DNA of 64,000 bases from Candidatus Levyibacteriota bacterium. GTDB taxonomy: Bacteria; Patescibacteriota; Microgenomatia; Levybacterales; UBA12049. This document shows, one piece after another, positions 1 through 8,735 of the stretch; position 1 is the first letter of the stretch, and every line of letters starts with the position of its first letter. The position numbers were made by a program, and so were the translations under genes. The stretch covers positions 109,614-173,613 of the forward strand of contig JAUSEW010000027.1 of assembly GCA_030651475.1 (NCBI GenBank). Direction: 5' to 3'. Under the pieces are notes generated by a model, which was given only the letters and a program-made list of their open reading frames with translations, did not search any database and was not told the origin of the DNA.

Positions 1-1
1 A

Positions 2-544
2 ATAAAGCTTGATTCAAAAGGGCCTTTATTGGCAGACACACCTCAAAGAGTAGGGAAAAACGGCAAACTCTTCAAAATGTATAAATTCCGCTCAATGGTT
101 GAAAATGCCCATGAGATACTGCACGACAACCCGAAATATATGAAACTATTTTCTTTGTACAAAAAAGGAAGCTACAAGTTGAAAAATGATCCGAGAATAA
201 CCGGAGTGGGACATTTTATCCGTAAGTATTCTTTAGATGAAATTCCCCAATTTGTTAATATTCTAAAAGGGGAGATGAGCATAGTTGGGCCAAGAGCATA
301 TTATCCTGACGAGTTAAGGGAACAACAAGGAGAATATCCTCATACGAAGGATTACGTAAAGGTAGTGATTTCGGTCAGGCCGGGAGTAACAGGGCACTGG
401 CAGGTTTCTGGCAGAAGTGAAATTAATTTCGACAAAAGAATTAAAATGGATGCGGAATATGTTAAAAAACGATCTATTCTCTATAACCTTTGGATTATGC
501 TGCAAACTCCATGGGCGATGATTTCCGGTAAAGGCGCCCTCTAA
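2..544 (+). CDS. Bacterial sugar transferase (WcaJ/WbaP-type phosphoglycosyl transferase) C-terminal domain, 5'-truncated by the window edge
   Basis: Frame is open from position 2 (IKLDSKGP...). Motifs KFRSM, DPRIT, SLDEIPQF.N.LKGEMS.VGPR, RPGVTG.WQVSGR. Confidence 0.93.
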   Translation: MKLDSKGPLLADTPQRVGKNGKLFKMYKFRSMVENAHEILHDNPKYMKLFSLYKKGSYKLKNDPRITGVGHFIRKYSLDEIPQFVNILKGEMSIVGPRAYYPDELREQQGEYPHTKDYVKVVISVRPGVTGHWQVSGRSEINFDKRIKMDAEYVKKRSILYNLWIMLQTPWAMISGKGAL

Positions 545-566
545 GCCCCTTTTTCAACACAAGGTA

Positions 567-596
567 TTGACATACGCAAAGCCCATACGATAGAGT
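567..596 (+). promoter_or_regulatory. Putative sigma70 promoter for the DUF4012 gene
   Basis: TTGACA 567-572, 18-nt spacer, TAGAGT 591-596, ATG at 603. Confidence 0.45.
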
Positions 597-602
597 TAAT
601 AT

Positions 603-2579
603 ATGGAAGGATTTGAGAAAATAGATTTTGGAGTGGAGAAAGCCGCAGTCGATACTTCAGGAGCAAATATCAAGCAAGAAACCGCTATCAATAATAGCAA
701 AAGAAAGTTATCTCCGATTTTAATTGCATTACTAATAGTAGTGGCTTTGGCTGTATTTGGTTTTTTTGCAATATTTCTTCCGGCAAGACCGATAATAGTT
801 TCTGCCCAGCAAACATATTCCCAGGCCAAGCTTACGCTGGACGCTGTTAAAAAACAAAACATTACTTTGGCATCCGATGAATTGAATAAAACTAAAAAAG
901 ATTTAGCAATTACGTCTGAAAAACTAAATTCCATAAGCTTTGTTAGGTTTATTCCAATTGTAAATTGGTATTACAACGATGTCTCTCATATTCTGAAAGC
1001 CGCATCTTATGGTGTTGATGGCGCAAGAGTTTTAATTGATTCAGTAGAGCCTTACAGCGATGTTTTAGGACTTAAAGGACAAGGCAGTTTTGTTGGGGGA
1101 ACAGCATCGCAGCGTATAGAAACCGCAGTCAGAACAATGGGAACGATAACGCCTCACATAGATGAAATAGTCAAATCTTTAGAACTTGCTCAAAAAGAAA
1201 TAGACATGATAGATCCCAATCATTATCCTGCTATTTTTGGCGGAAGTAAAATCAAACAACAATTGGCAAGTATCAAAAGCACAACCAGTCAGGCTGTAAG
1301 TTTTGTTAACGAAGCACGGCCTCTGGTTAAGATTTTGCCAAACCTTCTTGGGGAGCCTACAGACAAAAAATACTTAATCTTATTTCAAAATGACGGTGAG
1401 CTTCGTCCTACCGGAGGCTTCATTACGGCATATTCTGTTTTTAGACTATCTAAAGGCGTTATTCATGTGGACAGATCGGATGATATCTATACTCTTGATG
1501 CTGGAGCTCCGAAGCCAAAAGCTCCTGCTCCAATTCTTAAATATCTTGCTAACGTAACTACATTTAACTTACGCGACACAAATCTTTCTCCTGATTTCAT
1601 AGAGTCAATGAATACATTTAATTCTATATATGAGAAAACTTCAGGAAGAATTAGCGTTGACGGCATTATCGCCATAGATACGCATGTGCTCGTATCGGTG
1701 CTTAAGATATTAGATGATGAAATTACGGTTGACGGTATACGTTTTACAACCAAAAACGATGCCAGATGCGATTGTCCTCAAGTTATTTATCAGCTGGAAA
1801 GTCTTATTAGTACGCCCAGAAGTTTAGATTTAAGAATAACTCCTCTTGCAACTGCTCAAGCCGTAAGAAAAGACATTTTGGGCTCCCTTTTATATGCTCT
1901 TATGGATAAAGCTTTTAAGTCTTCACCTAAGCTTTATTGGGGACCGCTTTTCCAAAATTTGTTAACCCAAGCCAACCAAAAACATGTTCTATTTTACTTA
2001 TATAATAAAGATGCTCAAACAGGAATAGACGCTCTGAATGTAGCCGGCAGAATAAAATCTGTTGATGGAGATTATCTTCATATAAATGAGGCCAACTTCG
2101 GAGGAGCCAAAGCTAATCTTTTCGTTGAGGAATCTGTAGATCAAAAAATAGATATTTCTGGGACAGGGGTTATTACAAAAACTGTTACCATTAATTACAA
2201 AAATCCTCATCCTCCTTCAGATTGTAATCTTGAAAGAGGAGCATTATGTCTGAATGCAGTGTTGAGAGATTGGATTAGAGTTTATGTTCCGAAAGGAAGC
2301 CAGCTCGTAGCTAATCAAGGTTCGGAAGTTAAAGTAACTTCTTACGAAGAATTAGGAAAAACCGTATTTGAAGGATTTTTAACCGTTCGGCCATTGGGTA
2401 CAGCAACGTACAAACTTACATATACTTTGCCATTTAAACTTGCCAACGGATCACCTTTGCCTTTGCTTATTCAGAAACAGCCGGGTACGGATAAAAACGA
2501 ATACACGATAAGCGTAAACGGTAAGCAAATAGATAAGTTCAATCTATTGACGGATAAGACTCTTAATCTAAGCTTATAA
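603..2579 (+). CDS. DUF4012-domain membrane-anchored protein
   Basis: N-terminal TM helix; YLILFQNDGELRPTGGFI, RDTNLSPDF, DGIIAID and NFGGAKAN motifs typical of DUF4012. Confidence 0.85.
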   Translation: MEGFEKIDFGVEKAAVDTSGANIKQETAINNSKRKLSPILIALLIVVALAVFGFFAIFLPARPIIVSAQQTYSQAKLTLDAVKKQNITLASDELNKTKKDLAITSEKLNSISFVRFIPIVNWYYNDVSHILKAASYGVDGARVLIDSVEPYSDVLGLKGQGSFVGGTASQRIETAVRTMGTITPHIDEIVKSLELAQKEIDMIDPNHYPAIFGGSKIKQQLASIKSTTSQAVSFVNEARPLVKILPNLLGEPTDKKYLILFQNDGELRPTGGFITAYSVFRLSKGVIHVDRSDDIYTLDAGAPKPKAPAPILKYLANVTTFNLRDTNLSPDFIESMNTFNSIYEKTSGRISVDGIIAIDTHVLVSVLKILDDEITVDGIRFTTKNDARCDCPQVIYQLESLISTPRSLDLRITPLATAQAVRKDILGSLLYALMDKAFKSSPKLYWGPLFQNLLTQANQKHVLFYLYNKDAQTGIDALNVAGRIKSVDGDYLHINEANFGGAKANLFVEESVDQKIDISGTGVITKTVTINYKNPHPPSDCNLERGALCLNAVLRDWIRVYVPKGSQLVANQGSEVKVTSYEELGKTVFEGFLTVRPLGTATYKLTYTLPFKLANGSPLPLLIQKQPGTDKNEYTISVNGKQIDKFNLLTDKTLNLSL

Positions 2580-2581
2580 TC

Positions 2582-3127
2582 ATGAGGTTACACAAAATAG
2601 AAGGTTTTGTTATTAAAAGAAACAATTTTAACGAAGCCGATAGAATTCTGACCGTATTTACCAAACAATCAGGTAAAGTTAAAATTAAAGCAGCAGGTGT
2701 CAGGCGAATTGCCAGCCGCAGATCTCCCCACGTAGAGCTTTTAAATTTATCTCTGCTTACTGTTTATCAAGGCAGGAATATTCCTACGCTTATAGAAGCA
2801 GAAACCATAGAAAGCTTTTCCGATATTAAAAAAAATCTTAAAAAAGTGGGTTTTGCCTATCATATTTGTGAATTGATAGATAAACTTTGCGCGGAGAATC
2901 AGGAGAATAGAGCAGTTTTTAATCTTCTGATGGACATTCTTACGAAACTTGCCAAAGAAGATAATATAGAAGCCACTATTGATAAATTTGAAATTAATTT
3001 GTTAAGTTTGTTGGGATTTTATACGTCTTCGCAATCCCTTATTCCTTCGTTTAATATATCGTCTTTCATAGAAAACATTACGGAAAGAAAACTTAAGAGC
3101 AGGCAATTCTTATCTAAATTTCTGTAA
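2582..3127 (+). CDS. recO: DNA repair protein RecO
   Basis: EGFVIKR.NFNEADRILTVFT..GK....A.GVR...SR N-terminal OB-fold signature. Confidence 0.93.
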   Translation: MRLHKIEGFVIKRNNFNEADRILTVFTKQSGKVKIKAAGVRRIASRRSPHVELLNLSLLTVYQGRNIPTLIEAETIESFSDIKKNLKKVGFAYHICELIDKLCAENQENRAVFNLLMDILTKLAKEDNIEATIDKFEINLLSLLGFYTSSQSLIPSFNISSFIENITERKLKSRQFLSKFL

Positions 3128-3180
3128 ATTAATCTCCCCTTTTATCGTAACCTCAAAGCTCATAGTGAAATCTTAAACGG

Positions 3181-3591
3181 AAGGGATTATAATAAAAAGA
3201 AATAAAAGCAACAATTCAAAATGCAAAAACCAGCAAAAACAATCATTCTTTTCAATCAGCAAAAAATCCGCCGTTACTGGGATGATGAGAAGGAATTATG
3301 GTATTTCTCTGTTGTTGACGTTATTGCGGCTCTTACAGGTAGCGTTGACCCCTTTGCGTATTGGAGAAAGTTAAAAGAAAGACTTAAGGATGAGGGTGGA
3401 GATGAAACCGTGACAAAATGTCACGCTTTGAAAATGCAAGTAAGCGACGGAAAATTTTAAATTCCCTGAAAGAAAAATCAAAAAACTGAAATAACATTAT
3501 AGTAGCTTTCCAAAAAGTGATTTTGGAACAAGCCAATTGCAAAAAAGGTTAAAGGGAAAGTGAAAGAAGAAGGGAAAGGGATTATAATAAA
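3181..3591 (+). repeat. 16-bp direct repeat AAGGGATTATAATAAA (3181-3196 and 3576-3591), each copy containing a TATAAT box
   Basis: Exact match read directly. The copies bracket the Bro-N remnant. Confidence 0.7.
3221..3460 (+). pseudogene. Truncated Bro-N / phage antirepressor-like protein
   Basis: KIRRYWD....WYFSVVDVIAALT.S..P..YWRKLKERL..EG.ETVTKCH.LKM...DGK matches the Bro-N family N-terminus, but the ORF stops at 79 aa in mid-domain. Confidence 0.75.
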
Positions 3592-3683
3592 TATTAATAT
3601 ACGCTATATTTTCTCTTAGGTTTTTATGTATAATTGCTATAGCTATAAAATAGTTAAGATAAGCATCCTGCTTATGTAATTTT

Positions 3684-4523
3684 ATGCAAAATATAATTCC
3701 AATAGGACAAAACAAGGTAATTAATGGATTAGAAGCTAAAAAACCATATTTCAAAAGTGATAATATTCTTATTTATAAAGACGATATTTTGAAAATTGCC
3801 TCTATTCCTGAAAATTCTGTAGATTTGATCGTAACTTCACCGCCTTATAATGTTAATATTCATTACAATTCCCATGTTGACAATTTGACTTATGAGGATT
3901 ATTTGGAATTTACCCAAAAATGGATTAAGAAATGTTTTGATTTAGCAAAAACTGAAGGACGGTTTTTGTTAAACATTCCGCTTGATAAAAATAAAGGCGG
4001 ACAAAAATCAGTTGGAGCAGACATTACACAAATCGCAAAAAATGTTGGCTGGAAATATCACTCAACAATTATTTGGAACGAAGGAAATATATCTCGTCGT
4101 ACTGCTTGGGGTTCATTTATGTCTGCTTCTGCTCCTTATGTTATTGCTCCGGTGGAATTGATTTTGGTTTTATACAAAGACAGCTGGAAGAAGACAGGTG
4201 CGAGTAGGAAAAATGACATTACAAAGCAGGAATTTATGGATTGGACAAACGGAATGTGGACATTTCCTGGCCAAAGTAGAAAAGGAGCAGGCGGTCATCC
4301 CGCACCATTTCCGATTGAATTACCAAGACGGTGTATAAAATTATTTAGCTTTGTCGGTGAAACGGTTTTGGATCCATTTCTAGGAAGCGGAACAACACTT
4401 ATCGCCTCATATCTACATAATAGAAAAGGAATAGGGATTGATATTGATAAAAATTATTGCGATTTGGCAATTAAGCGCTTACAAGTGGAAGCGAAAATAA
4501 ATCAATCAAGTTTGCTAAACTAA
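3684..4523 (+). CDS. Site-specific DNA methyltransferase, N4-C/N6-A family, beta class
   Basis: Catalytic motif IV TSPPY precedes motif I DPFLGSGTT; HPAPFP also present. Confidence 0.93.
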   Translation: MQNIIPIGQNKVINGLEAKKPYFKSDNILIYKDDILKIASIPENSVDLIVTSPPYNVNIHYNSHVDNLTYEDYLEFTQKWIKKCFDLAKTEGRFLLNIPLDKNKGGQKSVGADITQIAKNVGWKYHSTIIWNEGNISRRTAWGSFMSASAPYVIAPVELILVLYKDSWKKTGASRKNDITKQEFMDWTNGMWTFPGQSRKGAGGHPAPFPIELPRRCIKLFSFVGETVLDPFLGSGTTLIASYLHNRKGIGIDIDKNYCDLAIKRLQVEAKINQSSLLN

Positions 4524-4528
4524 TAATT

Positions 4529-5125
4529 ATGAAGAAAGACAAAAACAACAATATAGTTCAGGAAGATCTTGTAATTGAGTTTTTTAAGAAAAACCCAAAT
4601 AGGGACATAAAACATCCCGAAGTGGTTGATTGGGTTGTATCAGCATATAGAGATAGAACGGGTAATGTGTTTCGTGATCCCGATAGGGCAATTCGTAAAT
4701 TGTCCCAAAGCGGATTTTTAATAAAAATAGCCAAAGGAATTTATAGATATGATCCCAAAAAGGCATATAAACGCGAACTTCAAGATTTTACTGTTGCTCA
4801 AAAACAGACAATTCTAGAAAGAGATGGTTACAAGTGCGTTATATGCGGAAGAGGTAAGAAAGATGGCGTTGATTTACACGTTGACCATATTAAGCCAAAA
4901 GATTTTGGCGGTGAAGCAACAATAGAAAACGGTCAAACTTTATGTTCGCAACATAATTTTATAAAAAAGAATTTGAAGCAAACAGAAACAGGCAAGAAGA
5001 TGTTTATTCGTCTTTATGAATTGGCAAAAAGTGAAAAGAACGAGGAATTAAAAAAGTTTTGCGCAGATGTTCTTGAAACCTACGAAAAACACAATATAAA
5101 TGGGCATATTATCTGGGAAAAATAA
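4529..5125 (+). CDS. HNH endonuclease, probable cognate restriction enzyme
   Basis: RDGYKCVICG...LHVDHIKP...GG....NGQTLC..HN; starts 5 nt after the MTase stop. Confidence 0.85.
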   Translation: MKKDKNNNIVQEDLVIEFFKKNPNRDIKHPEVVDWVVSAYRDRTGNVFRDPDRAIRKLSQSGFLIKIAKGIYRYDPKKAYKRELQDFTVAQKQTILERDGYKCVICGRGKKDGVDLHVDHIKPKDFGGEATIENGQTLCSQHNFIKKNLKQTETGKKMFIRLYELAKSEKNEELKKFCADVLETYEKHNINGHIIWEK

Positions 5126-5131
5126 TTACCT

Positions 5132-5518
5132 ATGAATCCTTCCAGAGAACATCAAGATTTAATTAAGGCCCTTAAAAACCATTTTATACAAAGATTGGGC
5201 TTTACTATATTAAGCGTTGATCTTCCTGAATCTTTAGATAAGCCTTTTCAAATTGGCAGACACAGTCCCGATATTATCGCTAAGGATCAATTTGGAATTA
5301 TACAAATTGGAGAGGCTAAGGTAGGAGACAACATATCTTCTCCTGAGTCTGAAGAACAATTTAAGGATTTCTCTAATCAAGTAATGAGGGGAACAAATGT
5401 TCCAGTTCCGTTGCATATAATAATTTTTCAAAAAGATTATAATACTTTATTAACAAAATTAACAACAGTTGGTCTAAGTCAAAAAATAGGTACGAAAATT
5501 GTAATATGGACAATATAG
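5132..5518 (+). CDS. Hypothetical protein with PD-(D/E)XK nuclease-like motif
   Basis: HSPDIIAKD...IQIGEAK fits PD...(D/E)xK spacing; tightly coupled to the HNH gene. Confidence 0.55.
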   Translation: MNPSREHQDLIKALKNHFIQRLGFTILSVDLPESLDKPFQIGRHSPDIIAKDQFGIIQIGEAKVGDNISSPESEEQFKDFSNQVMRGTNVPVPLHIIIFQKDYNTLLTKLTTVGLSQKIGTKIVIWTI

Positions 5519-6126
5519 CTTCCGATCAAAAGGCTAAAATAGCTGAAACAAAAGAGGCAATAGAAGATAGGCCTGTTGTGAAGGAACCCCCTAGTGGTCC
5601 AAAAATACTCCTAGAGTCATCTTTTATTTTGGCAATACTGAATCAAGTGGATCCAAATAACAAAACTGCTAGTGCAATATTAGGTTTTCTTACGCCTTTT
5701 AACTGCAGATTTCATATTCCATTATTAGTTTCGGCTGAAGTTTTATCAAAAGTCGTACAAAGAGAAAAGGGCGTAGCGGCAGGAATAAAACTCTTTGAGT
5801 CTTTTATGAAAAGACTACCAGGGACACTTTTAACAGGAGCTACGCCCGATTTCGATGATATCGTCAGTCGATATAAAATGTTTGGCAGAAAAGACATAAA
5901 AAATTTACAAGGCAACGATTTCATAATAGTTACAGAAGGAATAATTTCTGGTTCTGTTATTTTAACTTGTGACCATGAAATGTATAAAAGAGTTAAGAAT
6001 TACCATGAAGACATATATTTTGTTGCCACAGACTCTGATAAATATGAGGATGATGCTGCTAAATTAATTAGTAGATTTCTCAAATTATCTGCTGCTCCAG
6101 TCGGTAGCAAACAGGGGGTTAAATAA
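5506..6126 (+). CDS. PIN-domain (VapC-like) protein
   Basis: ILLESSFILA (usually DT/DS), LVSAEV, NDFIIV and ILTCD..M follow the PIN fold pattern. Confidence 0.6.
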   Translation: MDNIASDQKAKIAETKEAIEDRPVVKEPPSGPKILLESSFILAILNQVDPNNKTASAILGFLTPFNCRFHIPLLVSAEVLSKVVQREKGVAAGIKLFESFMKRLPGTLLTGATPDFDDIVSRYKMFGRKDIKNLQGNDFIIVTEGIISGSVILTCDHEMYKRVKNYHEDIYFVATDSDKYEDDAAKLISRFLKLSAAPVGSKQGVK

Positions 6127-6150
6127 TAGATAGGGCGCATGCGTTACGTA

Positions 6151-6167
6151 TACACCTCGAAGGTGTA
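6151..6167. repeat. Perfect hairpin TACACCT-CGA-AGGTGTA
   Basis: 7-bp inverted repeat just after the island. It may be a terminator or a small palindromic element. Confidence 0.6.
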
Positions 6168-6277
6168 AGGCTATTTTCAAGAGAAGAAATAGACAAAATA
6201 GGACGACTTTATTAGCAAGGAGTTTTTGCTGCTATTGAATTATTTATTTATGGCTTCTTTTCTGCTATTATAGATTT

Positions 6278-6373
6278 GTGGATAACCTGATGGAAAAGAT
6301 TGTTTCTCTTTGCAAACGCCGAGCCGCCAAAGGCGAGCCTCGCCTTATTATTCAATATGGATCAAAAAAATAA
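6278..6373 (+). pseudogene. Vestigial duplicate of the glyS N-terminus (MDNLMEKIVSLCKRR...) forming a uORF
   Basis: GTG GAT AAC CTG ATG GAA AAG ATT GTT TCT CTT TGC AAA CGC CGA parallels NLMDKITALCKRR of the intact gene. It follows TGcTATTAT (6263-6271) and stops at 6371-6373. Confidence 0.8.
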
Positions 6374-7712
6374 TAAACAAAACTTAATGGATAAAATTAC
6401 AGCTTTATGTAAGAGGCGGGGTTTTATTTATCCCGGAAGTGAAATCTACGGAGGATTGCAAGGCACTTGGGATTACGGGCCCCTTGGTACGCTTCTGAAA
6501 AAGAATCTAAAAGATATTTGGTGGAAAGACGCAGTTGAGAAAAGAGACGACATGGTGGGAGTTGACGCCGCAATTATGATGCATCCAAAAGCTTGGGAAG
6601 CTTCAGGACATGTGGAAGCATTTACAGATCCTTTGGTTGAATGCAAGATATGCCACGAACGTTTTAGAGCTGATGAGAAAGAAAAAGTTCTTGAGCATAT
6701 CAAAACCCATGATGGGAAAAAAGTTGACTGGACTAATCCGCAAAAGTTTAATTTATTGGTAAAAGCATATTTAGGAGTAATTGAAGGTAAGCAGTCGGAA
6801 TTATATCTGCGGGGAGAAATTACAAACGGAGCACAAGTGAATTTCAGAAATGTTTTAGATTCTACCAGAATAAAAATTCCTTTTGGTATAGCGCAAATAG
6901 GTAAAGCCTTTAGAAATGAAATAACGCCGGGGAATTTTACTTTTAGAAGCAGGGAGTTTGAGCAAATGGAAACCCAATATTACATAAAGCCCGACAAAAA
7001 AGAAGGAGAAAAATGGTTTGAATACTGGAAAGATAACAGAATGAATTTCTATCTTTCTTTGGGAATAAAAAAAGAAAACTTAAGATTTAGAGAACATAGG
7101 GAAGAAGAAAAAGCGCATTATGCGATAGCAGCAACAGATATAGAATATAACGCTCCGTTTGGGTGGTCGGAATTTATGGGCATACATAATAGGGGTGACT
7201 GGGATTTGTCAAGACACCAGAAATATTCGGGACAGAAAATGACATATAAAGATGAAGTAGCTGGAGAAGAATATGTTCCATGGGACATAGAAACATCAGC
7301 AGGAGTTGACAGATCAATATTATTTTTGCTAATTGATTCGTATGAAGAGGATGATCCTTCGACAGGCTCAGGACAAGGGAAGAGAGTGGTTTTGAAGCTT
7401 AATCCCAAGCTTGCTCCGTATAAAGCTGCGGTTTTTCCTCTTCTTGCCAATAAAGAAGATCTTGTAAAAACCGCCAAAGATGTTTATTATAGTCTCAAGA
7501 AAGATATCAATGGAATGGTTGCTTTTGACGCCAGGGGAAATATCGGAAAACGCTATTATTCCCAAGATGAAATCGGTACGCCATATTGCATAACAGTTGA
7601 TTTTCAAACACTTGAAGACGAAACAGTTACGGTTAGGAATAGAGATACGATGAAACAGGAAAGAATAAAAATAGAAAAACTCGCAGAATTCTTAAATCCA
7701 AAAATAGATTAA
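6357..7712 (+). CDS. glyQS: Glycine--tRNA ligase, alpha2 (class II) type; start moved to ATG 6357
   Basis: LCKRRGF.YPGSEIYGG, DYGPLG, WEASGHV..F.DP, GKAFRNEITP, REFEQME, IETSAGVDR, IGKRY..QDEIGTP. Confidence 0.97.
   Translation: MDQKNNKQNLMDKITALCKRRGFIYPGSEIYGGLQGTWDYGPLGTLLKKNLKDIWWKDAVEKRDDMVGVDAAIMMHPKAWEASGHVEAFTDPLVECKICHERFRADEKEKVLEHIKTHDGKKVDWTNPQKFNLLVKAYLGVIEGKQSELYLRGEITNGAQVNFRNVLDSTRIKIPFGIAQIGKAFRNEITPGNFTFRSREFEQMETQYYIKPDKKEGEKWFEYWKDNRMNFYLSLGIKKENLRFREHREEEKAHYAIAATDIEYNAPFGWSEFMGIHNRGDWDLSRHQKYSGQKMTYKDEVAGEEYVPWDIETSAGVDRSILFLLIDSYEEDDPSTGSGQGKRVVLKLNPKLAPYKAAVFPLLANKEDLVKTAKDVYYSLKKDINGMVAFDARGNIGKRYYSQDEIGTPYCITVDFQTLEDETVTVRNRDTMKQERIKIEKLAEFLNPKID
7355..7373 (+). repeat. 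Mini palindromic element TCCT-TCGAC-AG-GCTC-AGGA, in frame in glyS (encodes PSTGSG)
   Basis: Terminal TCCT/AGGA inverted arms; same core as the copies at 18318-18396 and 42941-42960. Confidence 0.85.
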
Positions 7713-7721
7713 GAGTTTATA

Positions 7722-8033
7722 ATGAATATGGAAACCGCAAGGCGTCGTATACAGTTGGTTGTTTCAATAAATGGGACCAAAAGGACTGAACTTACAGGGA
7801 AAGGTTTGATGGTACAGGAGCTAGTTAGGATAGATTACTCTTTAAGAAAGCATGAAAGGCCATCGGTATCTTTTAAAATGTCGGATGACATGGTTCGTGC
7901 ATATTCCGAGAGAAGGGATGAATTGTATAAGCTTCTTGGATTACCCGAGAATCAAATTACCAGAGCAAAAATAATAGATGGTTACAGCGGAAAACTTTGG
8001 GAAATCGGTCATCCCCATTGGCATTTCAAATAA
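7722..8033 (+). CDS. Hypothetical protein
   Basis: 103-aa ORF directly after glyS; no recognisable motif. Confidence 0.55.
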   Translation: MNMETARRRIQLVVSINGTKRTELTGKGLMVQELVRIDYSLRKHERPSVSFKMSDDMVRAYSERRDELYKLLGLPENQITRAKIIDGYSGKLWEIGHPHWHFK

Positions 8034-8053
8034 AAATTATAAATATTTCCTTA

Positions 8054-8081
8054 TTGACAAAATTATTGAAATTAGTACAAT
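8054..8081 (+). promoter_or_regulatory. Putative sigma70 promoter
   Basis: TTGACA 8054-8059, 16-nt spacer, TACAAT 8076-8081, GTG at 8092. Confidence 0.6.
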
Positions 8082-8091
8082 TATTACATAA

Positions 8092-8562
8092 GTGAAGAAT
8101 AAGAAGCTTATTGTTGTTCTGGGAGTTTCAATAGTGTTGGTTTTGGCTGGGGGAGGATATTTCCTGCTTTCAGGCAAGAATACAGCTCCTGCGCCAACTA
8201 CGAGTGCTACGTCACAGGTTCAGGACGTTTCGGAACAAGCTATTCCTACTCTTACTCCTTCGGATCTTGGTCTTTCTCTTACGGCCAACAGCAATACTAC
8301 CAAAGTCACAATGGTCCTAACCAAGACAAGCGATGTATCCACGATTGACTACGAACTTTCTTATACTGCAAAAGGAGACATTCCAAGGGGAATTATAGGC
8401 CAGGTTATTGTTAAGCCAGGTAAGTCTGTCAGTCAGGAAATTACACTTGGAACTTGCTCTGACGTTTGTCATTACGATCAAGATGTTACAGGAATTAATC
8501 TTGTTTTGAAGATTACGAAAACTAACGGTAAAACATATCAAGTAGAAAAAAGCCTCGACTAA
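8092..8562 (+). CDS. Membrane-anchored extracellular hypothetical protein
   Basis: Basic N-terminus and TM helix, Pro/Thr linker, beta-rich domain with GTCS.VC. Confidence 0.75.
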   Translation: MKNKKLIVVLGVSIVLVLAGGGYFLLSGKNTAPAPTTSATSQVQDVSEQAIPTLTPSDLGLSLTANSNTTKVTMVLTKTSDVSTIDYELSYTAKGDIPRGIIGQVIVKPGKSVSQEITLGTCSDVCHYDQDVTGINLVLKITKTNGKTYQVEKSLD

Positions 8563-8649
8563 CTTCATTTTATCTTTTTACCCCAGGCAAGTTTATATGG
8601 GTAGAGCCTCAACCATTAGTCGACACTAACGCGAGCCTATTTTGCTCTC

Positions 8650-8711
8650 TTGACAAGTGGGAAAAAGGAGTTCAAAATGGATTAAAGTGGGAAAAAGTGG
8701 GACAAAGTGGG
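8650..8711 (+). promoter_or_regulatory. dcw promoter with MraZ-binding direct repeats
   Basis: TTGACA 8650-8655; GTGGG at 8657, 8687, 8697 and 8707 (10-bp phasing), the known MraZ operator pattern. Confidence 0.85.
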
Positions 8712-8735
8712 ACACAAGGAAGGCAGGCGGAAAAT

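Noticed and set aside
6130-6356. T-box or glycine riboswitch upstream of glyS
   Set aside because: No T-box consensus (AAGGTGGNACC) or glycine aptamer pattern is visible. The region is better explained by the vestigial glyS stub and palindromes.
6300-6356. N-terminal extensions given by the ORF track for glyS (also mraZ, rsmH, rpmA and the ftsQ-like gene)
   Set aside because: The extensions run through repeats, operators or upstream genes; downstream ATGs match the family N-termini.
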